A DNA stretch of 64,000 nucleotides from Lama glama (taxonomy: Eukaryota). Numbering within the stretch: the first letter of the stretch is position 1; the number at the start of each line of letters is the position of its first letter. The DNA lies in the NCBI GenBank assembly GCA_028534125.1, contig CM052816.1:17796001-17860000 (forward strand), written 5' to 3'. Shown piece by piece: positions 24,816 through 35,815 of this stretch. A model generated the notes under the pieces. It was not told the origin of the DNA, ran no database searches, and saw only the letters and a program-made list of their open reading frames with translations. The position numbers and the translations under genes are program-made.

Positions 24816-27800
24816 CAGAGGTCTCCTGAGCTCACTTTTATCATCCCCCTGCAATTTTACAAATTAGGAAATTAGCTAATTTTCCCATAGCTCGGATGTC
24901 TGGAGCCAAGGAGGACTGGAACCCGGGGTGGCGCATTCTAGAGCATCTGCTGTGAGCTCTCAGCTCTTCTGGGAAGTGAGCAATGTGGTTCCGAGGATTT
25001 GAATATATGGGCTTCCTGGGAGCTTCACAAGTGGCGTCCTTCTCGGGCAGCAAAGGGAAGGAGATAATTGATGAACTTAATTATCTGTGGCAGCGACATG
25101 ATGGGGGGGGGCGCGCCATGAGCGCTATTACTTTGTGGTGCAGAATTGCTTGGAATGGGAGGGAGCTCACACCTGACAACGCGTGTCGTGAGACAGGAGC
25201 TGGCCCGACTTGTTCACAGGGTTCTCCCCACCTCGGGGCTTAGTGTTACAGTGTTTGAAAACTCACTCGACTGTATGAAACAAATTATCCTAGATGGAGA
25301 GCAGCTCGCTTCCTGGAGATTACAGTTGGCCTTCGTTAATAAGGTTTGGCCTGATTAACACAGGTTCTGGATTGACATCAAAATATGCAAGTAGTAGCAA
25401 CTTGGCAGGTGGGAGGAGACTAGTTTGAACTTTCTCACTTTGAAATTGGTGGAAGGAAAGGCTTGTGTAGAGTTTGGAGCTGAAGCCTGAGTGTGTAATG
25501 AGCTCCCGGATCTTTGAAGCTGCACCACTTTGCTCAGACTCCCGCAGACTGAGGCCCAGCCCGGACTCTGAGGCCTTCCTGGCCGTGTTCCGAGCCCAAG
25601 GACACACAGCTGGGGGTGGAAATCTAAGGCTGATTGACCCTCAAAAGCTGTACCAACAGCTTCTTTCGTGTCCCATTCCTTCAGCATTTGGATAACGGTC
25701 CTGCGTACTTATCTAAATTCACCGTCCCCTGCATTCTGCATGAGGACTTCTAGTGGTGTCCTGTCTCAGCTGGGGCCCTGTTCCTGCCCCTCCTGTCTGG
25801 ACCCATGTCAGTTGCTCACCGCTTGGATCTACCTACCTGAGCATCCCACCCACCTGGTTGGGTCCTGGCATCTCGTCGCAAGACAGAGCTTTTTGCAAGT
25901 GCTGGGCGTGTCTCTGCTCCCTTCATCCCCAGGGCTGAGCTTCCTGCCTCAGATCTGCCTCTCCCTGTACATCTGGAGAAGTTAGCCAGGTACTATATTC
26001 CAGTATCTGATGCCCGCACCTCACCTACCTTATAAGTTTGCCTGTGTCAAGTCACAGCCATCTCAGCATCACTGGGGCTGTAGTTACAGCCTCATGGAAA
26101 TGTACAAAAGGAGAGGAGGTCCCCGTGAGTGATGGGACTTGGACATTTCTGGCTGTGGGATGAGTCATAGGAACCATCAGCTCAAGCTTGCCTCCAGGGC
26201 AGGATGGTCACGAGGGTCATCCTCAGGGAACACCTGGTCTAGGTAGTTCCCCTTTCCTCAGGTTTTAGAGAAATGAGATGAGATTCATTGAAGGGGAACT
26301 GTGTAAGCAGAAGTAAGGGAAAATGACAGCCTTTGTCCAGCCCTCACCAGTTTCAGAGAATAAACCCTTGCAAGGGCATTTTATGACTTAAATGTATTTT
26401 TCACAGAGGCGGTGCCAAGCAAAGAAAATCCTCTTTGAGTTATATGGCTTTTTCATTCAGCACTCCGGAGTCTTTTATCTCTAAGCACTAAAATCAGGCA
26501 GTAATTCAAAGTTTAAGTTACTGTTTCATTTTTTTAAATATCACCTTAATCTTGTTGCACTTGGTTAGTCTGCTTTGGCGTTTTTGGTCACCTTTACCTG
26601 TAGCTTTATTTTGCTGGCTCTTACGAACATAAGCAGCCTTTCTTTAGAAAGGTACTTGAAGTTTATTTTCTCAAGCAGGTAATAAAGGATGGGGGGGAGA
26701 AACTGGGCTGCAGAGCAGAGGTAAAGTGAGGCCAAGTGGTTGGTGATGGTTATCTTGTGAGGCCACGGTGAGATGTTAATGGCTTTTTCTGACCTTGGCA
26801 AGACGTGTTAGCTTTTGGGAAAGGAGCTGGTGGATAAGCTTAGTTGGCATCTGTTTTCTCATTCTTCAGAATGTCAGGGGCTGCTGGGGATGAGACTGGA
26901 TGCTTTATCCCTCTAGAAATCTGCTCCTCTTTCTCTGTCTGTATTTCTTCTCCCTCCTCTGCGGAGTCTCTGTATCTAAGTGAAGAGAGGGGTTTTTATG
27001 AAGAGGCCCGACAAGGGGTCGTCCCCTCAGAAACCAGGATGCAGGAGCCTGTCTCTGCAGCGTGTCAGTGATGATGGAGAAACACAGACAAAATGGGAAG
27101 GCACCCTGGGACCGCCCCTTAGAGGTGCTCTGGGACTGGAGGCAGTGTGTCCTTCTGCCGAGGGGACCAGAACAGAAAGGTGACTTCACCATTGTCTGAA
27201 CTCCACAAGATTAAGGGCCTACAAAGCCTACATTCTTAGGAGTTCAGAACAGGAGAAAATTAATTGAAAGCCACAGAAGAGGCCTTTACTAGGCTGCCTT
27301 CCCCAGTTGTGGGTCTGATACACACTTCTCACTTGGACCTTCCTTCTCATGAGTGACTTGGTCCTCCCAGGCTTTTCGTGGTGGTGAAGGACCCTCTCTG
27401 CTGTAGCCACGTCAGATGTCTTGCTTTCTTCCCTCGTTTCTCTGAGAAGCTCATTGTTTCTTTGGTGATGGGTCTGCCAGGGCTTGGGAGTGTGCTGATT
27501 ATGCCGTTTCTTTATTCTTTCACTGAACAAATAAGGGTCCCTCATGTGCTGGGCACATCTTTAGGTGTCTGAGAGGCAGAAGGGAAGGAGAGGTCCAAGA
27601 TCCCTGCCTTCATGGAGCCCACGGTCCAGTGGGATCACGCCAAGAGCCCTATAGAGACACTTGGGAGGGACACTGCCTTTCTGCCTTTCCAGATGCAGAA
27701 TAGTTTAACCCTACGGGGCAGGCTGCCTTGCTGTGCTTCACAGGGAATGCCTCCCAGTTTGTGTGACTTAGCTGTCTTTGTAAGAGAGTGGTTCCTGCAG

Positions 27801-27970
27801 GCACCATGGATGGGCTGACCAAATGGACCATTGTCAGCACAGCTTTGAACTTGGTAAGCATCTAGACATGAGACCATATGCTAAGTGTCTTAACACATAC
27901 CTTAGAGTCAGATAGCCTGGGTTTGAATTCTGGCTCTGCAACAAGAACTGTCTTTCCCTAGGCGAACGCA

Positions 27971-28664
27971 TTTTTTTTTAATTGAAGTATAGTCAGTTTA
28001 CAATGTTGTATCAATTTCTGATGTATAGCATGTTTCAGTCATACATATACATACATATATTTGTTTTCATATTCTTTTTCATTATAGGCTAACTACAAGA
28101 TATTGAATATAATTCCATGTGCTATACAGAAGAAATTTGTTGTTTATGTTTTTTATATATATTAGTTAGTATCTGCAAATTTTGAAGTTGCAGTTTATCA
28201 CTTCCCACCCTCTTCTCCCCCAGTAACCATAAGTCTATTTTCTATGTCTGTGAGTCTGTTTCTGTTTTGTAAATAAGTTCGTTCGTGTCTTTTTTTTTTT
28301 AAGATCCCACATATAAGTGATATCATGTGGTATTTTTCTTTCTTTTTCTGGCTTACTTCACTTAGAATGATGATCTCCAGGTTCCTCCATGCTGCTACAA
28401 ATGGCATTATTTTATTCTTTTTTATGGCTGAGTAGTATTCCATTGTATAAATATACCACAACTTCTTTATCCAGTCATCTGTTGATGAACATTTAGGCTG
28501 CTTCCCTGTCTTGGCTATTGTAAATAGTGCTATGAACATTGGGGTGCATGTGTCTTTTTGAATTAAGGTTCCCACTGTATATATGCCCAGGAGTGGGATT
28601 GCTGGATCATATGGTAAATCTGTTTTTTGTTTTTTGAGCAATCTCCATACTGTTTTCCATAATG
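27971..28664 (-). mobile_element. Young 5'-truncated L1 (camelid-like), antisense
   Basis: Poly-T, then attgaagtatagtcagtttacaatgttg. ORF 28198-28641 encodes the L1 ORF2 C-terminus ([13 protein letters not shown]...WIKKLWYIYTMEYYSAIKKN...LSEVSQ). Confidence 0.95.
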
Positions 28665-28766
28665 AAACAATGTTTCTGAGCCTCCATTTCTTCCTATGTA
28701 AGATGGCTGTTACAATAGTTCTTACCTTGTAGAAGCTGGAGTGAAAATTAAAGAAGAAAGTGTAGG

Positions 28767-29050
28767 AGACGTAGAAAACAATCTTAGGGTTACCAAAGGG
28801 GAAAGGATGGGGATGGATAACTTAGGAGTTTGATATTAACAGATACACAGTATATAGAACAGATAAACAACAAGGTTCCACTGTATAGCACAGAGAACTG
28901 TACTGAGTATCTTATAATAACCTGTAATGGAAAAGAATCTGAAAAAGAATATATATGCATATGTATAACTGAATCACTTTGCTCTATACTTGAAACTAAC
29001 ACAACATTGTAAATCTACTATACTTCAATAAAAAATTTTTTTTTTAAAAG
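28767..29050 (+). mobile_element. L1 3'UTR fragment, sense, with TSD
   Basis: agacgtagaaaacaatcttagggttaccaaagggg...ctgtatagcacagagaact...tatacttcAATAAA. TSD aagtgtagg at 28758-28766 and 29051-29059. Confidence 0.92.
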
Positions 29051-29092
29051 AAGTGTAGGTAAAGCTTTTAGCACAGTGCCTGGTTCCATGAC

Positions 29093-29150
29093 TAACTGAA
29101 CATTATACATATTATGCATATTATATATAACTGAACATTATACATATTAT
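29093..29150. repeat. 23-bp direct duplication
   Basis: taactgaacattatacatattat at 29093-29115 and 29128-29150. Confidence 0.9.
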
Positions 29151-29884
29151 TAAGACTTTATAATCCATTTCTCCCAGCACCGTGGAGAATACAAATATAC
29201 TTTGTGTTCATAGCTTTACTCTGAAGGCTACACATAGGACTCAGAAGCCTTGAAGTCCGGCAGCTGAATCAGAAAGGGGAAGAACACAACAGGGGGACAG
29301 AGGCAGCAGGAGGAGCAGCCTGGGGCTGTGATGGTTGAAAATGTGGCTGGAGCAGGGGGTCCTGCTGGAGCAGGAGCGCTTGGCGCCTATGAGGATCTTG
29401 GCCTGAGCGAGGAGGCTGTGATAGGAAAAGAGAAAGGCTCTGGGGGAGAGGAACGTCAGAGTGAAGCCAGGACTGGGGAGCAGGGCAGAGAAGAGCTGTT
29501 GAAGGAACGGGCAGCCCGTGTGGTTGGAGAAGCTGCACCAGGACCAGAGGTGACGGGCCTCAGAAATGAGGATGTGGGCATGTGAGGAAAGTATCAGTAT
29601 TTGGGGATCTTTGGTCTGACTCCCCGGGAAGCGGGGAGAATCACAGGGTAGCAGAAGGAATCATCCGAGCTTTGCCTCCGGTAGAACCCAAGAGCCCAGA
29701 TGTCACTCATGAGGCTGAGGAGCATCAATGCCCAGAGTTATATGTTGAGAGATGACTTCCTTTAGCAGCTTGACTGCAAGTGATGACCCCAGGGCTGCGT
29801 GGAATTGCTCAGGAGGCAGTGAGATGGTCCATCCATCCATCTATCTGACTGAGCATCTATTCATCCATCCAGTGTTTATTTAGT

Positions 29885-30202
29885 TTTTATTTTTATTTAT
29901 TTTTTATTGATATATAGTCAGTTTATAATGTGTCAATTTCTGGTATACAGCACACTGTTCATCATACATAGACATACATACGTTCATTTTCACATTCTTT
30001 TTCATTATAAGTTACTGTAAGATACTGAATATGGTTCCCTGTGCTATACAGCAGAAACATGTTTATCTGTTTTATATCTAGTAGTTAGTATCTGTACATC
30101 TCAAACTGCCACTTTATCCCTTCCCACCCCCTTTCCCCACTGGTAACCATAAGTTTGTTTACTATGTCTGTGAGACTGTTTCTGTTTTGTTAGATGAGTT
30201 CA
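29885..30202 (-). mobile_element. L1 3'UTR fragment (camelid-like), antisense, inserted in an L2 tail
   Basis: T-rich tail, then ttgatatatagtcagtttataatg. TSD ttatttagt at 29876-29884 and 30203-30211. Flanks rejoin as catccatccagtgtttatttagtacctg (L2 tail). Confidence 0.92.
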
Positions 30203-32829
30203 TTATTTAGTACCTGTTGTTTCTCAGATGGTCTGTTCAGCACTGGGGTTAAACAAGTGAATGAAAACATCTGATTTGTGGAGCTCACGAGAGAGACCGA
30301 CGAGAAAGCAGCCCTTGCAGCACAGGGCAGGTGTTGGGGTGAGGGAGCCTTGGGGGGCCACCGTCCACAGGCTCCATGGGGGGCTGCAGACAGAGCAAAG
30401 TGTGGAGAAGGAGGGGCTGAGGTGGAGCATGTATTGTCCACATCGGGGTCTGTACTCTGGAGCAGAGGGGCAGGTTTGGGAGAGAAGGCAAGGGAGGAGG
30501 GTGGAAGGATTGTGGGCCGTAGATCACCAGGGGCCTTTTCTGCTGGGCTCAAATTTCTGTTCTTATCTAAGGGTGACAGGGAACAAGGAGTGGGTGTAAG
30601 CTGGGCTGGAACATCACAAACACATTTGCATTTGACAGAGATCACTGGGGTGTGGAGAAGCTATTGCAGGCCAGGAGGGCTGGAGGCAGGGCTGGGAGGG
30701 CTGGAGGAAGGGATGGAGATTTATTGTCTCCCGTGTGTCAGCAGTACTGCCAGTGCGAAGGATCCCTGGCTTGTCTTTTCTGCTCTCCTGACAGCTGCAC
30801 GGGGGATTCTCTTTATTGAGTGATAAGGAAAGGGAGACTTGGACAGGTTGTGCCAGTTGCCCCGGTGGTCACCTCCAGTAAGCAGTGGAGCCCTGAGTGT
30901 CAGATCCCCTGCTAGATTTACAGTGAGAGAGGCAGGTAGACCCAGAGCAGAAGCCTATCCTCTTCCTTGTCACAGCCTGAGAGGTGACAGTCATGGAAAT
31001 CAGATGCCACCTCGACTCGCCTGCCCCCTCCCATGAGTCCTGTCGGGACTCCGCCTCAGCTATGCAGGGGGATGGCCAGCTGGGAGAAGACGCTTAGCAC
31101 GGGCACAGCCCTCAAGGAAGCTGGAGAGCCAGAGAGACAGGCATCCCCAGGGCACTGCTAGCTGTGGAAAGGTTTTATTTTAAGCAGGTGTCAGCGCCTT
31201 GGAAGACTCTCTTCCTTTCTCCTGGCGCTGCCTGCGCCTACACACCCGGGCTGGGCAAGAGACTGTGAAGGAGGCCCTGCTCCTGCCGCCCCTCGCGCTC
31301 CCTGGAGTCTCTCCGGGAGGGTTTCTGCTTCTTCCTGCAGCGTCGCCCCCATCCTCCTCCCCATATTTCTCTTCACTTCGCTCCCATCTCTCCTTCTGCC
31401 TCGCCACCTCTCCTGCTGTCTTCTCTTCCCCTCTCCTCCTTTCATTCTTTTTTGTGTTCTCTCTTCCTGACCTGTGTTTGTTCTTATCTGTAAAATGAGA
31501 GTGGTGGTCCCTGATCCCCAAGAGGTGCTGGGGGGATGATTCGTTCATTAATTTTTTCAGCAAGCCCTGTCTACCCACTTTCGAGGTGTGGGGCTTCAGT
31601 CTGGCCCTGGGGGGTGTGAGCATGACCAGCCTCCAGTTCTTGCGCTCGAGGGGCTTCCCATCAGATGGGAGTCAAGTTCAAAGGCCATATCTCTTGTTTG
31701 AGGCCCCAGAAATGCTTTGCTGAGGAGAGCCAGCTGGCCATGCTGGTCAGCAGTTACTCTTGTGAGCCCGGAAGAGCTGCAGTCGTGTGCGCCTCCAGGG
31801 GAGGGGCCCCTGCGACCTTCAGCTCCTGGAGGCCAAGGAAAGGTGCCCACATCACCGTATCCAGGTGTGTTGGCAAACCAGCCTGACTTCTGGAAGTTAT
31901 CTTAGCTAATTGTACCAATGTACAGTGACTTTGAGTCACATCACTGTCAGTGATGCAGCTGACGAGTGAGGGTTCCATTTGGCATAATTTAGGGAGACGT
32001 GGCCAGTGGCTCATTTCCCCGCTAGAGCTCAGCCTGGTGGTAGCCCCTTCCTCCATCTCCCCAGCTCTGGCTCTTCCCTCCTCTTGTCCTCTGCCTTTTC
32101 ATCCAGCCCTCCCGGGATGCCTGGAAAGGCTTAACCAGGCCCCTCGCCATGGAGAAGTCTGTGAGTCACCACACACAGCAGCGGACGAGCGGGAGGCCGA
32201 ATGATCCGGACTAAAAATGAAATCTGCCCAAAAAAGCCTGACTACCTAGAGGCAGTCATTTGCTTTCTCGAGGTTTCAGTTTCCTCACCTGTAAAACCAA
32301 CAGCAGCTCTCACCTAGTGTTATGTGAGGTGCATCCTATAAATAAGTGGGCACGTGTTAATACTTGCTGTGTGCTGGGGCTGAGAGGAGGTCAGCAGCAG
32401 CTGAGAGCAACCTCAGGCAAGGTGCCCATCTTTGTCCAGCCTCAGTGTCCCCCTGTGCAGCATGGAAGAGCGGCTTTGCAAGACTTAAAACGCTGCAGTT
32501 CAGGGTGCCTTGCCAAGCCTCTCACTGCAGGGAGCTGCTTAAGTCTATGGAGATACTTTGTGCTTCAGGACAGCCTCATTCATTTGTCTGACAAATCCTT
32601 GTGGAAGGCTGGTTCTTTGCCGTTCCAGGCCGGGCCCTTTGGGCAGCAGTGTAGGAGCCTCACTGCTTGCCCCCTAGCGGGGAAGCACAGGAGGAAAAAG
32701 TCAGTGCAGTAGTTGGTGGCCGCACACTAGGGAGGGAGCAGTTCAGGGGAACAAATAGGCGTGGTTTCTGCGAAGAATTCAAGCACCGCCGGGCAAAGCA
32801 AGCTCTATTTGCTTTCCCCTAGAGATGGG

Positions 32830-33730
32830 TTTAGTAATTAGGAAACGTATGGAAGAGTTTAAAGAATATTGCCGTGAATACTCATATACCCATCACCAAG
32901 GTTTGACAGTTATTAACACTTTGCAGCATTTCCTCTCTCTGTATACATACACGTGCAATTTTCCCCTGAACCATTTACAGGTAATTTGTAGACATTGTGA
33001 CGTCTCACCCCTTAGAGAAGAAAACAGACATTCTCCTGTACGATCACCTTAGTAGGTGTTATTACACCTCCGAGGGCAATAATTCAGCATCACCTAATAT
33101 ATAATCCACATTACAATCACAACGTTTTCCCCAGAATGCCTTTTATAGCTTCGTATAATTATTATTATTCAAGAACCAATCAAGTCTCACTCATTGCGTT
33201 TGTTTCGTCTATTTAATGTCTTCTAGAACAACAACCTGCTCACTCCAGGGATTTTCGTGTTTGTTTTACGTTTTGAGCATTCAGGCAGTTGTCTTATAAA
33301 ACGTCCTCAATGTTGGCTTTGGTTTCTAATGAACAGCTTCAAGCTAAGCATTTTTGGCACTGATCCTTCAAAGGCTCTATCATTACTCCCTTTTGAGGCA
33401 CTTCAGGAGACACATGCCATGTGGTCCCACTACTGGCAGCACTCATTTGGCCCCTTGATCCCTTTGTTAAGGGGCGACTGCCAAATATTTATTGAAAATG
33501 TCCTTTTTCCTCTTCTAATGAGGTACCCTATGAGGGTGACACTTCAAGACTATGTGAATGTCCTGTTCCCCAGTAATTTTCACCCAATATTTTTAGCAAA
33601 CATCAAATGATTCCTTCCTGATTCAATTATTACAAAGAGGGGGTTGCAAAACGGTGGTTTTCAAATTTTAACATTTCTTCTAAATTTATTTGGCTGGCAT
33701 TCTTCCATAAAGAAGAACTTTTAAAAAAAC
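32830..33730 (-). mobile_element. Old L1MC-type 3' end
   Basis: gtgaatactcatatacccatcacc...tgtgaatgtcctgttccccagtaatttt...atgattccttcctgattcaattatt...tttatttggctggcattcttccataaagaagaac. Confidence 0.75.
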
Positions 33731-33801
33731 AAAATTTTAGCAACTTGATTTTAAAGTTTAAGCTTCTTCCTTCTTTGGAACGCTTACTTGAGAAAAGAAA
33801 A

Positions 33802-33831
33802 GTGTATGTGTGTGTGTGTGTGTGTGTGTGT
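33802..33831. repeat. (TG)n microsatellite
   Basis: Directly visible. Confidence 0.95.
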
Positions 33832-33929
33832 TGTGAGAGAAAGAGAAATGGAGAATGAGATCTAAAGGCTGAGCCTGGACATACACAGGGCTTCTTCAGA
33901 AGACTGATCATCAGGCCTGTTGAGCTGAT

Positions 33930-34280
33930 TGATCCCTTCCGCTCTCCCCACCGCTCATTCCTCTCCAGCCACGTTGGTTTCAGGACTACTTCCCAAGTGC
34001 AGTCAGCATCTTCTACCTCAGGGCCTTTGCACTTCCCTTTGCCTGGAACCTCTTTCCTCAGATAGCTGCATGGCTCACTTTATTCTGTTCCCTGCACAGA
34101 TATCATCCTGCCAGAAGATATCCTGGTCACCTGTATAATGTCCCGCCCCCTGCCCATTACTCTCTGTGCCTTATTCTCCATTGTGGTCCTCACAGCCCTC
34201 ATCAGCACCTGCTGCATGAGAACAGAGCCTAGAATGGGGCCCAGCCCACACTGGGCACTCAGTAAATATTTGTGGAATGT
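33930..34280 (+). mobile_element. L2 3' region
   Basis: ctacctcagggcctttgcacttccctttgcctggaacctctttcctcagatagctgcatggctcact...ggcactcagtaaatatttgtggaatg. Confidence 0.85.
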
Positions 34281-35397
34281 GAAAAGGAACACACAATCTC
34301 TGAATAAGACCAGAGCTCCTTCCTTTGTTTCTCCTCTGTGCTCCTTCCAGATGACCGTAGAGACACTCAAGCCCTGGGCAGACAGACGCCTGTTCCTGGT
34401 CCCAGGGCTAACGTGTGTTGTCAGCAGTCGCTCACTTGGCGCCCAGTTACAAAAGCCAGCAGAGCTATGAGATTATCTGCCCCCACCCCTTCCTTGACAT
34501 GATTTTTAGGGAATAAAAACAAATCAGAATTCATCAACTGTGAACAAAATTGTCAACTGTGAACTGTCAACAGTCTGGTTTAAAAATAGAAGATCAGTTG
34601 ATGAAATACAGTGGAGAAAGCAATTTAAGTAAAATGTTAAAAAAAAATACCCAAAGGCTGTGAGGCGTCAGAAAGAGTGCCACGCGGTAGAGACTGCGCT
34701 TGGTGGAGACCTGCATGAGCAGTGAACCAGAGAGAGGTTATTAGAGGTGCTTTACAAATCACAGAGGAGAGAGATTTACTGGCCATTTGCGGGAAAACAT
34801 TCACTCATTGTGATGTGTTGGCGTGTTATGCAAAACGGAAGGGAAGATTGGTTGGGAAATCTGCTAGAGCATTTATTTTTAAGTAGGTCAACATTTTGAA
34901 GATTTCTGCCCATTTGTGAAATCTCTGGCTCTTCTTCTGTCTTTTCTGTTTCTGTGATGGTTGGGGAAGGCTTTTCTGTTCCGGCAGGTCCAGAGGGGTC
35001 TAGAAGCTGCGGGGGGTGTGTGTTTATTTTTATATTTGTCTTCATATGAATGCGGGTTCCAGTACTGTCTTTAAAGTCCTTAGCTTATTTCTCACTTCTT
35101 CCACTCTCCCCCTTTCAGTGGGCATGGCTAATTATTCATTTAACTGCTTTATCATAAAGTCAATTCAAAGCCTTGAAGTCTCCATGCTTCCTCTTTTCTG
35201 GGCACAAATCTTAGCCCATACACTGGGCAAATTCTTTGTGTCCAACTGCCGATATCCCGAGGCGGCCGTTCCATGTTACTTTCTTTCTTTTTAGGAGAAT
35301 TGAGCTATCTTGGAGCAAAGACCTGTGCTTTATAAACCTATGACAAGGTGCTGCAAGCCTTGGAGACTGTCTCTTTTTGCAGATCTGGGTGGGAGGT

Positions 35398-35815
35398 ATA
35401 CTTGTTTCCTAGGGCAGCTGTACCAGGGGACCACAGGTTGGGTGGCTTAGACAACGGAAGTTCATCACCTCACAGTCCTGGAGGCAGAGAATGAAATCAG
35501 GGCATGGGCAAGGTTGGTTCCATCTGAGGCTGCGAGAGAGAAGCCATCTCTTGCCTCTTCCAGGTACTGGCAGCCTCGGGCATTTCTAGTAGATGGTCCT
35601 CTTTGCCCTGGGACTCTTCACATCCTCCTCCCTCCATGTGAGTGTCTGTCTCTATCCAAATTTCCCCTTCTTACAAGCCATGCCAGTCATACTGAATTAG
35701 GGCCCATTCTAATGACTTCATTTTAACTTAATTATCTCTGTCGAGACCCTTTTTCTAAATACGCCACACTCACAGACACCGAGAATCCAACATGAGGGAC
35801 AGAATTCAACTCAGA
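35398..35815 (-). mobile_element. MLT1B/C-like MaLR solo LTR
   Basis: tttcctagggcagctgtacc...gggtggcttagacaacggaagttcatcacctcacagtcctggaggc...gaattagggcccattctaatgacttcattttaactt. Confidence 0.88.

Larger units (their letters stand above)
27880..29090 (+). mobile_element. MIR SINE split into three pieces by two L1 insertions
   Basis: Pieces: tagagtcagatagcctgggtttgaattctggctctgc (~27900-27965); tttctgagcctccatttcttcctatgtaagatgg...aaattaaagaagaaagtgtagg (~28665-28766); taaagcttttagcacagtgcctgg (~29060-29085). Confidence 0.8.

Noticed and set aside
28198..28641. 147-aa ORF with clear protein-like sequence
   Set aside because: It is the L1 ORF2 C-terminus of a 5'-truncated copy, neither a host gene nor an active element.
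29172..29195. RE1/NRSE-like cccagcaccgtggagaa (also ttcagcactccggag near 26456)
   Set aside because: The right half-site departs from GGACAGCGCC at key positions; too weak to call.
29269..29585. Gly/Glu-rich (+) and Gln/Pro-rich (-) ORFs that looked like a possible retrocopy
   Set aside because: No parent gene recognised and no poly-A or TSD; purine strand bias explains the open frames.
30190..30823. Overlapping 151-aa and 181-aa ORFs on both strands
   Set aside because: Low-complexity G-rich sequence partly overlapping L1/L2 remnants; no protein similarity recognised.
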